Part shown: positions 18,116-26,268 of the stretch, piece by piece
Position numbering within the stretch: the first letter of the stretch is position 1
Layout of the letters: each line of letters begins with the position of its first letter
Source: a virus
Length of the DNA: 40,229 bases
IMG/VR virus record: IMGVR_UViG_3300028410_000001
Reading direction: 5' to 3' (one strand)
The notes under the pieces: generated by a model
What the model saw: the letters and a program-made list of their open reading frames with translations, nothing else
The model's database searches: none
Told to the model about the DNA's origin: nothing
Translations under genes and position numbers: made by a program

Positions 18116-19893
18116 GTGCTGTAAATGTAACGATACAAGAAACGATCGAGCAGGTCACAGTAGCCGTAACGGAGACGGTCGAAACTGTGACTATTGAGGT
18201 GACGACTGGTGCTGATGGTGCGACTGGTGCGACTGGTGCTGATGGCCCGGCTGGTGCTGATGGTGCTGATGGCCCGGCTGGTGCTGATGGTGCGACTGGT
18301 GCTGATGGCCCGGCTGGTGCTGATGGTGCGGCAGCGACCGTGTCGGTCGGAACCACAACGACAGGCGAAGCGGGAACGGATGCCAGCGTGACCGAAACGG
18401 GGGACGCGCAAAACAAGACGTTCGACTTTCTTATCCCGCGCGGCGCAGCGGGTGCTGCTGGCTCGGCTACAGTATCAATAGGAACAACAACGACTGGAGC
18501 TGCTGGCTCTGCTGCTAGTGTTGTTAATTCAGGGACTGGGACGGAAGCAATACTTAATTTTACATTACCAGCCGGTCAAGAAGGAAGCGTGGGCACAGAA
18601 TTGACAACTCCAGAAGTCCTGCTTAATGACATTCGTAGAGCCGATACCGATAACGCTGCTTATACTAATCTAAGTACTTTTGTTTGGATTCCAGCAACAA
18701 ACAATACCGTCGATGGGTACATTACAAAAATATCAATCGAGGCAAATAACGCTTTGGCAGGAAGGAAGATGAATTTATTCCTTTTCACACGAGATGAGGC
18801 AACTAATAACTTTACTACTCAATATATTGGAACTGACGATTTTCCAGCTGAACTTGACGGGCTTAACGAAGCTACCTTACCCACTAGAATAGCAATTAAG
18901 GAAACACAAATGTTTGGCGTTTCGCTAAGCACAACTGTTGCGTCAAGCGCAGTACGTCTGTATTCTGGAGGCGGTAGTTCGTCAGACGAGGGAGGAACTG
19001 GGCACTTTCAGAATATAACAAGGCTAACCCTATTGGTGCCGACATCAATGTTGTTTCTGTCGAACCGGGGATTCTCCGCGAAGGCTTATGTTGAAGAAGC
19101 AGTAGCTTCTTCGCGCATAAACAATCCTTCAGGGCTAAGCGTGATTGCGGCAGTCGATAGCTTAGTTGGGAGCACAGTTTTTAATGAAAGAGATTGGTTT
19201 TTTGGCAAAAAAATACTTTATGTCGGCACGTCTATTCCCGCTGGGGGCACTACCCAGGAAGGTAGATACCCTGACGTCATGGGGCGCATATTAGGGGCAG
19301 ATGTGGAGAACGTAGCAATAGGAGGCTCAAGAGTGATATTTACTAATTTAGCGAGCGACAATTTCAACGTAAATGCGTTGATGGGGACGATTGCGGAAAA
19401 AGAAGCTTTGTTTTCAGATAACTCAACAGCGGTCATTGCAAACGCGGTAGCTGCTTCGTATGAAACGCTAATAATTGGGAAGACGTATGATTACCTAGTT
19501 ATCGACCATTACGTCAATGATCGCAGTCAAATACGATTTGGTTCCATGGGAACCATATCAGACACAACAGCAGCAACTTTTTATGGAGCGTTCAACGTAC
19601 TGCTAGCATCTGTATATGCCGACAAACCGTCCGCAAAAGTGTTGTTGGTTGCCTGCCCTAACATCTACACAACTGCAAATGCGCAAATAGATCAGGCTGG
19701 ACAAGATGCAATTACAGCCCTCAAGGAAATCGCTTTAAAGTATCATTTGCCGTTTCTGAATCAGGCCGAGGAAGGGTATGTAAACACAAGCAATTTCAGC
19801 GTTTACAATTCAGATGGCACGCACCCAACAGACGACGCAGAAAGAGCAAGGCGGGGCTACGCAGTTGCTCAATTCGTTAAAAGACATCCTTAA
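18112..19893 (+). CDS. Second collagen-like tail fibre with a C-terminal SGNH/GDSL-type esterase-like domain
   Basis: [19 protein letters not shown]... G-X-Y run and a TVSVGTTTTGEAGTDASVT...FLIPRG module. The C-terminus has KKILYVGTSIPAGG (block I-like, Ser) and SDGTHPTD (block V D-x-x-H). Confidence 0.7.
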   Translation: MSAVNVTIQETIEQVTVAVTETVETVTIEVTTGADGATGATGADGPAGADGADGPAGADGATGADGPAGADGAAATVSVGTTTTGEAGTDASVTETGDAQNKTFDFLIPRGAAGAAGSATVSIGTTTTGAAGSAASVVNSGTGTEAILNFTLPAGQEGSVGTELTTPEVLLNDIRRADTDNAAYTNLSTFVWIPATNNTVDGYITKISIEANNALAGRKMNLFLFTRDEATNNFTTQYIGTDDFPAELDGLNEATLPTRIAIKETQMFGVSLSTTVASSAVRLYSGGGSSSDEGGTGHFQNITRLTLLVPTSMLFLSNRGFSAKAYVEEAVASSRINNPSGLSVIAAVDSLVGSTVFNERDWFFGKKILYVGTSIPAGGTTQEGRYPDVMGRILGADVENVAIGGSRVIFTNLASDNFNVNALMGTIAEKEALFSDNSTAVIANAVAASYETLIIGKTYDYLVIDHYVNDRSQIRFGSMGTISDTTAATFYGAFNVLLASVYADKPSAKVLLVACPNIYTTANAQIDQAGQDAITALKEIALKYHLPFLNQAEEGYVNTSNFSVYNSDGTHPTDDAERARRGYAVAQFVKRHP

Positions 19894-19894
19894 T

Positions 19895-20653
19895 ATGATT
19901 GATCTAATCCCCACGTACCCAACCAAAAACATATCATCAAAACTCCCCCGGCACGCCACCAAACGACCACCCTATCTCGCTGAGGAAAAGGTCACAAAGG
20001 TGATGGTGCACCATTCAGGCGCGGAGAACGACGTTTACAAAGATGTGAGCTGGCAGGTAAACGGGCGTGGCTGGTGGGGATCCTCGTATTATATGTCAAT
20101 CGACTATGATGGTACTCGATTCATTTGCCGCAAGCGCACAGAAAAGGGGTGGCATTGCGGTGGTGGCGGAAGGAACCACGATACCCTGGCTATCTGCCTG
20201 CGCGGCAATATGGACAATCACCCGCCAACAGCTGACCAGCTGGCCAGCCTCCACGAGGCCCTGGTGGGGGAAGATGAGCATTTTGGGCGGCGGCTTGAGC
20301 TGGTGTGGCATGATATGTATATAGCGACCAGCTGCCCGGGAAAGATGATGCCGCGCGAATTGATTTCTGGCCAGCTGCGCGATCATTACGCGCCTGTGGT
20401 GGTGGTGGTGCCAGCTGACGAACTACCCGTCGCCGCCCCGCCAGCCGAGGTAACAATTGACACACCCCCGCCGCCCGATCCAATAGCCCCCATCAGAGAA
20501 CCCAAAAACAACATACCAATGAACCCTACTGACGAGGACCGCCCTGGCTGTGCTTCCGCCATCTTTCTCCTGATTGCCCTGCCCTTCGTTACTGGTGCTG
20601 CCTTTTTCCTCCTCATGCTGGCCGCGCTGGTCGGCATACCAATCCCTTTCTAA
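19895..20653 (+). CDS. Endolysin: N-acetylmuramoyl-L-alanine amidase (Amidase_2/PGRP type) with Pro-rich linker and C-terminal hydrophobic anchor
   Basis: VMVHHSG ... GWHCGGGGRNHDTLAICLRGN ... WHDMYIATSCPG matches the His/His/Cys zinc-ligand layout of T7-lysozyme-type amidases. The C-terminus is AIFLLIALPFVTGAAFFLLMLAALVGIPIPF. ATG 19895 follows stop 19891-19893. Confidence 0.8.
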   Translation: MIDLIPTYPTKNISSKLPRHATKRPPYLAEEKVTKVMVHHSGAENDVYKDVSWQVNGRGWWGSSYYMSIDYDGTRFICRKRTEKGWHCGGGGRNHDTLAICLRGNMDNHPPTADQLASLHEALVGEDEHFGRRLELVWHDMYIATSCPGKMMPRELISGQLRDHYAPVVVVVPADELPVAAPPAEVTIDTPPPPDPIAPIREPKNNIPMNPTDEDRPGCASAIFLLIALPFVTGAAFFLLMLAALVGIPIPF

Positions 20654-20856
20654 TGCCTAATTTCAAGGACCCCATTACCCTCATCACCGCCGTCATGACC
20701 TGGGTGAACACCCTTTCCGACTGGCTGCCCACCCTACACCAGAGAATGGCCAATCGCGAACGTCGCAAACGCCTCCAACACGCGAAGGGGAAAATCAGTG
20801 ATGCGGAGCTGGAGATTGAACTCGAAGCCATCCGCCAGAAACTGGCCGCTACCTAA
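20653..20856 (+). CDS. Small protein adjacent to the endolysin (possible lysis accessory)
   Basis: 67-aa ORF overlapping the endolysin stop by TAATG. Amphipathic N-terminus and charged helical C-terminus. Confidence 0.4.
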   Translation: MPNFKDPITLITAVMTWVNTLSDWLPTLHQRMANRERRKRLQHAKGKISDAELEIELEAIRQKLAAT

Positions 20857-20857
20857 T

Positions 20858-20880
20858 GCGTCCTTCTTATGCAGCCCCCC
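20858..20880 (+). promoter_or_regulatory. Degenerate copy of the upstream half of the late-block motif (GCGTCCTTCTTATGCAGCCCCCC)
   Basis: Resembles ACGTCCTTCCTATTGCACC of copy A and lies 19 nt upstream of ATG 20900. Confidence 0.3.
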
Positions 20881-20899
20881 GGTGCCCGATCATTGTAGT

Positions 20900-21742
20900 A
20901 TGAACAAGGCCCAGGGCCACGCCCCTAATTTATCGTTTCCTTTCGCCATGCTGCCCGCAGGACCGCTCCTCGTGGAGTCCGATTACCTGCTGAGCCAGCT
21001 ACTGAGCGAGGCGGCAAGACTGGCGCAAGGCGGGCATCCCCTAAAATCATCCGCCGAAACCGTGACCGGCCACCCCCTGGTAATGGCTGGTTACGGCGGG
21101 AACGGGAAACCGATGACCGCCGCTCGCGTCCGCCTTGCTGGCCTGATGAGAGACGAGAAAGCAGAATACCAGGTAGAAGCCCTTCGCGCTGCCTACGCTG
21201 ACCGTGGAATTTCCGGTATTCTGCTGGAAGTGAACACTGGCGGCGGAGCCGTGACGGCTGCCGAAATGGTCCGAGATGCCGTCAGCAGCAGGAACAAGCC
21301 AGTCGTCGTGACGACTAATTATATGGCAAGTGGCGGCGTACTCGCCACGCTAGGAGCTGACGAGCTGATCGCAATGAGTGAGTCGGCCCTGATCGGCAGC
21401 ATCGGTGTCGTTCAGCAGATCGCCACCTTCATGCGTGACCTCCTGAATCGCTATTTTGTATTCGAGTACGCCGATACCAGCCCCGAAAAGAACGCCAGTA
21501 CGCGGGAGTTCCTGCGCACTGGCGACACCTCCGTTTTCAAGCCCCTGCTCAACGATCTCGACGCCATATTCATGGCTGCCGTCACCGCTGCGCGCCCGCT
21601 TGACCCCAAAACAGCCGCCGACACCCTGAAAGGTGGCACCTGGCTGGCCGTCGAAGCGCAGCAGCGCGGGCTGATCGATGGGATTGGCGGCACCAACTAT
21701 TCTCTTTCACGCCTCGCCGAGGCAATCAATAATTATCAATGA
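20900..21742 (+). CDS. Prohead protease, S49 (SppA/ClpP-fold) family
   Basis: GILLEVNTGGGAVTAAEMVRDAVSSRNKPVVVTTNYMASGGVLATLGADELIAMSESALIGSIGV matches the S49 pattern (SPGG-like, KPV, aaSGG, GSIGV). ATG 20900 is inside track ORF 20798-21742. Confidence 0.75.
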   Translation: MNKAQGHAPNLSFPFAMLPAGPLLVESDYLLSQLLSEAARLAQGGHPLKSSAETVTGHPLVMAGYGGNGKPMTAARVRLAGLMRDEKAEYQVEALRAAYADRGISGILLEVNTGGGAVTAAEMVRDAVSSRNKPVVVTTNYMASGGVLATLGADELIAMSESALIGSIGVVQQIATFMRDLLNRYFVFEYADTSPEKNASTREFLRTGDTSVFKPLLNDLDAIFMAAVTAARPLDPKTAADTLKGGTWLAVEAQQRGLIDGIGGTNYSLSRLAEAINNYQ

Positions 21743-22194
21743 TCACCACCCTATTGGCGAAGGCCCGCGCTCATTTCGGGCTCGCCCCCAACGCTTCTCT
21801 TTCTCAGCTCGACGCGGCGATTGACGCCGACACCCTCCCTGTAGTTCCCGCGACTGATGCAGATCAGGGCGCGGACGCAGGTGCAAAGAAGGTGGATGTG
21901 CCAGCCGCCGAAACCGCACCAGGAACCGCCCTTACCCGCGAAGATGTTGCCACCATGATTGCCACAGCCAGCGCAGAAATGTCGCAAGCCATTAGCGATC
22001 TCAACGCCGCCAACGCCGAGCTGACGCAGGCCAATACAGCACTATCTGACCGACTCAGCGCAGTCGAAGGCCAAGACGCTGCCAGCCACACGAGTGGGAA
22101 GACCGACGCCGTCGACCTGACCACGCCCTCGCCAATTTACGCGCAGAACCCCGCGAACCTTCGCGCCGCTGCGCGCCTGAAAGGTCTAGCCTAA
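21739..22194 (+). CDS. Probable scaffolding protein
   Basis: 151-aa Ala-rich helical ORF between the protease and the capsid gene. Confidence 0.45.
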   Translation: MITTLLAKARAHFGLAPNASLSQLDAAIDADTLPVVPATDADQGADAGAKKVDVPAAETAPGTALTREDVATMIATASAEMSQAISDLNAANAELTQANTALSDRLSAVEGQDAASHTSGKTDAVDLTTPSPIYAQNPANLRAAARLKGLA

Positions 22195-22236
22195 ACCCGG
22201 CCCCGAGCCAATTATTAAATCTAAACAAACCCTATT

Positions 22237-23199
22237 ATGGCATCTACCGATTACTCCGCCGTTGCAGGCTACCGCAGCTACGTCGAGACAATCAGCGAAG
22301 ACATCTTTCGCAAGCTCTTTTTCGAGTTCAATACCGCCAGGCTGGTGACCATTCACGAAGGCGTGAAAGGGAAAAAGGTATGGACTGAGATGAAGCTGCT
22401 GAACCTGGCGAAAGCCTATTTCCCTGCTTTCTCGGCAGGCGATACCAACCAGCTGGTACCCATCGAAATGGATGTTTCCCCCTTCAAGGTGGAGCACAAG
22501 GAAATCCCACAGGAGATTGAGGATACCCACTTGGGCTTCCTGCGCCGCAACAGTTTCAATCACCAGGAGTGGCCCCTTGAACGCTACTCTGTCGAACAGC
22601 TTCTCGCGAAGCTACAGCAAGAGCTGGAAGTGGCCGTGTGGCAAGGAGTGAAGAAATCGACTGCGCTTGCCGCTGACGATTCCATCAATATCGTGTTCAA
22701 TGGCTACCTGAAGATTATCGCCGACGCGATTACCGCGACCACCGTCACTGCCGTCGTAACCGGAGCGATTACCGAAGCCAACATCCTCGAAAAGCTGAAG
22801 CTGATGTACGCCGAGCTCGCGCCAGAGCTGAAGACAAATGGCACTGACATCTTCGTGAGCTACGCGCTTTTCGATCACTACGTCGCTGCCATGGACACGA
22901 AGTTCGCTGGCAACTCTGCCCCCTACGTGGAGCTGGGTTCTGCGACATACCAGGGCATGCGCTACCGCCAGGGTGGCGGCAACACAACCCTGATTCCTGT
23001 CGCTGGAATGGGCGACAGCGGTCGCATCATCATGCTGCCCCGCGCCAATTTCCACATGGGCATTGACAGCCTGGCCGACTTCTCGAACTTCAATTTCGAG
23101 CAGCAGGTACGCGAGCTGCTCTACTGGCTGGATGCCAAGATCGGCGTTCAGATCACGCTCCTGCGCGATGGCATTGCCGTCGTGAACGACCAAGCGTAA
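22237..23199 (+). CDS. Probable major capsid protein
   Basis: 320-aa ORF directly after protease and scaffold and followed by a terminator. The call rests on position and size. Confidence 0.6.
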   Translation: MASTDYSAVAGYRSYVETISEDIFRKLFFEFNTARLVTIHEGVKGKKVWTEMKLLNLAKAYFPAFSAGDTNQLVPIEMDVSPFKVEHKEIPQEIEDTHLGFLRRNSFNHQEWPLERYSVEQLLAKLQQELEVAVWQGVKKSTALAADDSINIVFNGYLKIIADAITATTVTAVVTGAITEANILEKLKLMYAELAPELKTNGTDIFVSYALFDHYVAAMDTKFAGNSAPYVELGSATYQGMRYRQGGGNTTLIPVAGMGDSGRIIMLPRANFHMGIDSLADFSNFNFEQQVRELLYWLDAKIGVQITLLRDGIAVVNDQA

Positions 23200-23230
23200 G
23201 ACCTGCCCTTTGACCCTTATTTACCTCCCC

Positions 23231-23260
23231 GGCGGCGGGGCACTTGCTCCGCCGCCTTTT
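23231..23260 (+). terminator. Rho-independent terminator after the capsid gene
   Basis: Stem ggcggcgg / ccgccgcc with a 10-nt loop, followed by tttt. Confidence 0.65.
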
Positions 23261-23273
23261 CAACACAACTCCA

Positions 23274-23624
23274 ATGAAAAAGGAAAATCAAGAAGTTCCC
23301 GGCGACATGCCAGAACAAGACATTGAGCAGAAGCTAAGAGCTGCTGAAGAAGCCCTCCGCTTGCAGGAACTGGACGCTGCCGAGGCACTGGAACGCATTT
23401 CTACCCTCGAAGCCCAGGTAGCCAAGACCGCCCGCATCACCGAAGCAGCGAACCCAACCGGCAACCTCCCCGTCTTCGAGGCGAACGGCAAAAACTATCG
23501 TTTCAAGGTGGCCCGGCTGAATTTTGGGCACAAAAACATCCTAACCGCCGACCAGATTTGCGAGGACGAAGTTTTACTTCTCCAGCTGGTCGAAAATGGC
23601 AGCGACGCCATCGAGGCTGTGTAA
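23274..23624 (+). CDS. Hypothetical head-associated protein (coiled coil)
   Basis: ATG 23274 (MKKENQEV...); the track start TTG 23244 lies inside the terminator. Confidence 0.5.
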   Translation: MKKENQEVPGDMPEQDIEQKLRAAEEALRLQELDAAEALERISTLEAQVAKTARITEAANPTGNLPVFEANGKNYRFKVARLNFGHKNILTADQICEDEVLLLQLVENGSDAIEAV

Positions 23625-23659
23625 AATGCCTTCACTCCTAACCCCTAAAATAAAATAAA

Positions 23660-24229
23660 ATGTGCGAACGTAGCCGCCTGAAAAGTATTACGAAATGTAT
23701 CGACAATGCAGGCGGCAACGCTGCTGGCATGGTCATTACCCTAGACATCGCCAGCAAAAGCGTGATCACAAGCATTCCCGAACCTGGCGCGGGATCCAGC
23801 ATCATCACTGACAATATCGTGATGGTCGAAGACACGCGTACTGCTGCAGAAGTATCTGCATCCAGTCCCGCCGACCCAGTCCCTGGTGTTTTCAGTGAGT
23901 TCGAGTTTAGCGAAGTCGGCTTGGCCTACTCAGGAGCTGAGGAAGGCGAACCAGAAGATGGGAACCTCGTCCACACCGTCACGGGCATCATCACGAAGAT
24001 GAACCCCTTGAAAAGCTACATCCTGGAAGGGACGCGGGGTGGTCTGGAGCACATCGTTCGGTTCATCGACAGAAACGGCAACAAATGGCTCATCGGCGAC
24101 AACAACGAGGGTGCGAAAATCACTGTCGTACCCCAGACGAACGACCGAAACGGCTACACGCTCACCATCACCTGGCGCGCCTCCCGCCTGCTCTACGCCT
24201 ATACGGGTGCCATCGCACTCCAAGCCTAA
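23660..24229 (+). CDS. Hypothetical structural protein
   Basis: 189-aa ORF in the head/neck block. Confidence 0.5.
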   Translation: MCERSRLKSITKCIDNAGGNAAGMVITLDIASKSVITSIPEPGAGSSIITDNIVMVEDTRTAAEVSASSPADPVPGVFSEFEFSEVGLAYSGAEEGEPEDGNLVHTVTGIITKMNPLKSYILEGTRGGLEHIVRFIDRNGNKWLIGDNNEGAKITVVPQTNDRNGYTLTITWRASRLLYAYTGAIALQA

Positions 24230-24235
24230 GCGCCA

Positions 24236-24471
24236 TGGCGAAGCAGAAAAAGACTCCGCTCTTGACACCTACGCAGCCTCTGGTTGCGTGGGTGTACACC
24301 GGGCCCGCCTACCCGCGCGTCAAGATTGATGGCGTTCCGACCTTCGTGCCGGACACCATCAGTCAGCAACGCATCGGGGAATTGATGGCCCGCCACCCGC
24401 ACGAACTGGCCGCTTATTTCGAGCGTGCCAGGCGCGTGAAGCCGGGTATCGATACCGCTGCTGGCGATTAA
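24236..24471 (+). CDS. Hypothetical small protein
   Basis: ATG 24236 (MAKQKKTPLL...) in frame inside track ORF 24085-24471, just after the stop codon that ends at 24229. Confidence 0.45.
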
Positions 24472-24495
24472 GACTTGTGTGTTTTGGGATAAGAC

Positions 24496-24530
24496 AGCCC
24501 CCGCCCTTGTGATGAGGTGCGGGGGCTTTT
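24496..24530 (+). terminator. Rho-independent terminator at the convergent junction with the minus-strand island
   Basis: 9-bp stem agcccccgc / gcgggggct followed by tttt. Confidence 0.7.
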
Positions 24531-24561
24531 GGGGTTTGGGGGGGGCGGGTAAAACGCCCGG

Positions 24562-24822
24562 TTAACCCGGGTTTCCATACATTTCCCGATCCAGTCGATC
24601 GCAAGGACGTAGCCAAGCGTGATCGGGGTTTGGGTAACCCATGGGGAGTACCAAATCGGCCACCCGGAAAAAGAACTCTTCCCCAGTCTCCTGAGGTCTC
24701 TGGAAATACAGCACATCGCTGTAATTTCCCTCGCCACGCTGGGCGATCATTTCTGGGCTGTAAGGCCCCCAGAGTTGGCCGCAGCCAACTCCGATGCAGT
24801 TATTGATTACTACGGTTTCCAT
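24562..24822 (-). CDS. Hypothetical accessory (moron) protein
   Basis: 86 aa from an internal ATG (METVVINNCIGVGCGQ...) of track ORF 24562-24873. It is antisense to the late operon, and its stop sits in the 14-bp palindrome cccggttaaccggg. Confidence 0.4.
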   Translation of the reverse strand: METVVINNCIGVGCGQLWGPYSPEMIAQRGEGNYSDVLYFQRPQETGEEFFFRVADLVLPMGYPNPDHAWLRPCDRLDREMYGNPG

Positions 24823-24926
24823 TTTGCTTGGATTTATGCAGGGTTGCAGCATTGCCGCCCTGCACCACCCCAACCCCGCCCCTACCGGTTAGGGCTGGAG
24901 CGGGGTGGGAAGGCGGGCGGGTGGGG

Positions 24927-25067
24927 CTAAAATCGGACTTCTATTTTCGCGCCCATTGCGGCCGCAATGGCCTCAAATTCTTCGGCCCTCGTCCGAAGCC
25001 TACCCTTGTCGCGGGTAGAATTGGTCGGCTGGCGACCAAGTGCCTCCCCGATCTTGCCGGGTGGCAC
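24927..25067 (-). CDS. HTH-like ORF fragment (XRE/HigA-like C-terminal helices)
   Basis: Minus-strand frame reads ...TTLTTWLDQ-VPPGKIGEALGRQPTNSTRDKGRLRTRAEEFEAIAAAMGAKIEVRF-stop. The only in-frame start is GTG 25067 (46 aa). The open frame extends upstream to a stop near 25155. Confidence 0.3.
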   Translation of the reverse strand: MPPGKIGEALGRQPTNSTRDKGRLRTRAEEFEAIAAAMGAKIEVRF

Positions 25068-25093
25068 CTGGTCGAGCCAGGTGGTCAGGGTGG

Positions 25094-25396
25094 TTACTTT
25101 CCCAGGCCGAAGGCCTTTACGGACGCCGAAATATGATGTGGGACTTCTCCCCCATCATACCCATCTAAGATGGATATGATGATCAATTTACACACCGATT
25201 GCGTGTGTTTTTTCGTAAAAGAGTCCGGGAATGGCCCGGATAGAGTGGGGTCAAACATTCTCGAGCCGTAGCCCATTCCGCGAGCGTAGGTAACCTTTAC
25301 CTTTAAGGCTACTGTACCAAACACGATTGTGTTTAGCTCTTCGCACGGCGCGAAGGGAGTGATTATTTTATTAAACAGAGTTTGAATTGGGTTCAT
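25094..25396 (-). CDS. Hypothetical accessory protein
   Basis: 100-aa ORF in an AT-richer segment, separated by 1 nt from the upstream 69-aa ORF. Confidence 0.45.
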   Translation of the reverse strand: MNPIQTLFNKIITPFAPCEELNTIVFGTVALKVKVTYARGMGYGSRMFDPTLSGPFPDSFTKKHTQSVCKLIIISILDGYDGGEVPHHISASVKAFGLGK

Positions 25397-25397
25397 T

Positions 25398-25607
25398 TTA
25401 GTACGCTTTTAGTATTTTGATTGTAATTTGGTTTCCTAGCTGACCGGTTGTCCTTAGGTGACCAACCCGGTCTTGGAAGTCCTCAAAGGACTCGAGGGTG
25501 TGGCTGCTAACTAGTGTAGGCCCCCAATGGGATGCCTCGTAGTTATTTACGAGGACTTCACCCTTTACGGAATTGTGAAAGTCGGGGTCTATGTCGAAGT
25601 AAGTCAT
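25398..25607 (-). CDS. Hypothetical accessory protein
   Basis: 69-aa acidic ORF, the first gene of the minus-strand island. Confidence 0.45.
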   Translation of the reverse strand: MTYFDIDPDFHNSVKGEVLVNNYEASHWGPTLVSSHTLESFEDFQDRVGHLRTTGQLGNQITIKILKAY

Positions 25608-25706
25608 TGTCTCGGAATTGTGTGTTTCTCGTCAGCGATATTGCTTTCGATACTACAAAGTATAGTCCATTCAGACTAACCGCGCAACTATTCAATACTT
25701 TATTTA

Positions 25707-25768
25707 CTCTTTTTGGAATAATAATTCCAAAAAAGAGAACGCCCACCGGCTGGGGAGCTGGTGGGCGC
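25707..25768. promoter_or_regulatory. Two adjacent hairpins/palindromes in the divergent control region of the island
   Basis: ctctttttggaat-aata-attccaaaaaagag (25707-25737) and cgcccacc...ggtgggcg (25741-25768). Confidence 0.45.
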
Positions 25769-25805
25769 GGGTAATGGTGAGCCATGTCGGGCTTTTTGCT
25801 TTTGC

Positions 25806-25886
25806 CCACCTTCCCTGCACCTGCGTCCGCGCCCCCCTACCCTTACCACGTCCGCGCCTAAACCCTTTACGTCCTTCCTGCGTCAC
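25806..25886 (+). promoter_or_regulatory. Late-block repeat motif, copy C, plus two partial copies
   Basis: Core TGCACCTGCGTCCGCGCC at 25816-25833. CACGTCCGCGCCTAAACC at 25848-25865 matches the 3-prime half of copy D. ACGTCCTTCCTGCGTCAC at 25869-25886 matches the 5-prime half of copies A and B. Confidence 0.55.
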
Positions 25887-25908
25887 TCACGCTGCCAGAA
25901 ATTGCAGC

Positions 25909-26268
25909 ATGCAATCAGGGAAACAAGAAGAAATCAGCATACAGGCCGCTTACGCGCAGATGACCGACCCCAGCAGGGCGGATACTTTTTCGCTCGTCAT
26001 TAGGCTATCTGGAGGCAAGGAAATCGGACAGAAACGCACGCTATACCGCTGCCGATTCGGAAAGCGGGCGGGAAGCGGGAAAACGAGGGAGCAACGGGCA
26101 GAAGACCGCAAGGTCGCCGGGCTGGACAAATCCGGGCTGAACGGGACAGAACGGCGGCAGCACGTAGAAAACGGCACCATCCCGATTCACGACCTGGAGC
26201 AGAATCGCTATATCTCGCCCCTGATTAGCCACATCACCGAATTCAATCAATACAAAGTCATTCACTAA
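25909..26268 (+). CDS. Hypothetical protein upstream of the portal
   Basis: ATG 25909 (MQSGKQEEIS...) in frame in track ORF 25774-26268; its stop overlaps the portal ATG. Confidence 0.45.
   Translation: MQSGKQEEISIQAAYAQMTDPSRADTFSLVIRLSGGKEIGQKRTLYRCRFGKRAGSGKTREQRAEDRKVAGLDKSGLNGTERRQHVENGTIPIHDLEQNRYISPLISHITEFNQYKVIH

Noticed and set aside
24619-25179. Plus-strand ORFs 24619-24930, 24828-25136 and 24967-25179 in the island
   Set aside because: They are Pro/Arg/Gly-rich and overlap one another. The minus-strand readings are more protein-like and are organised as a compact operon with its own terminator structures.
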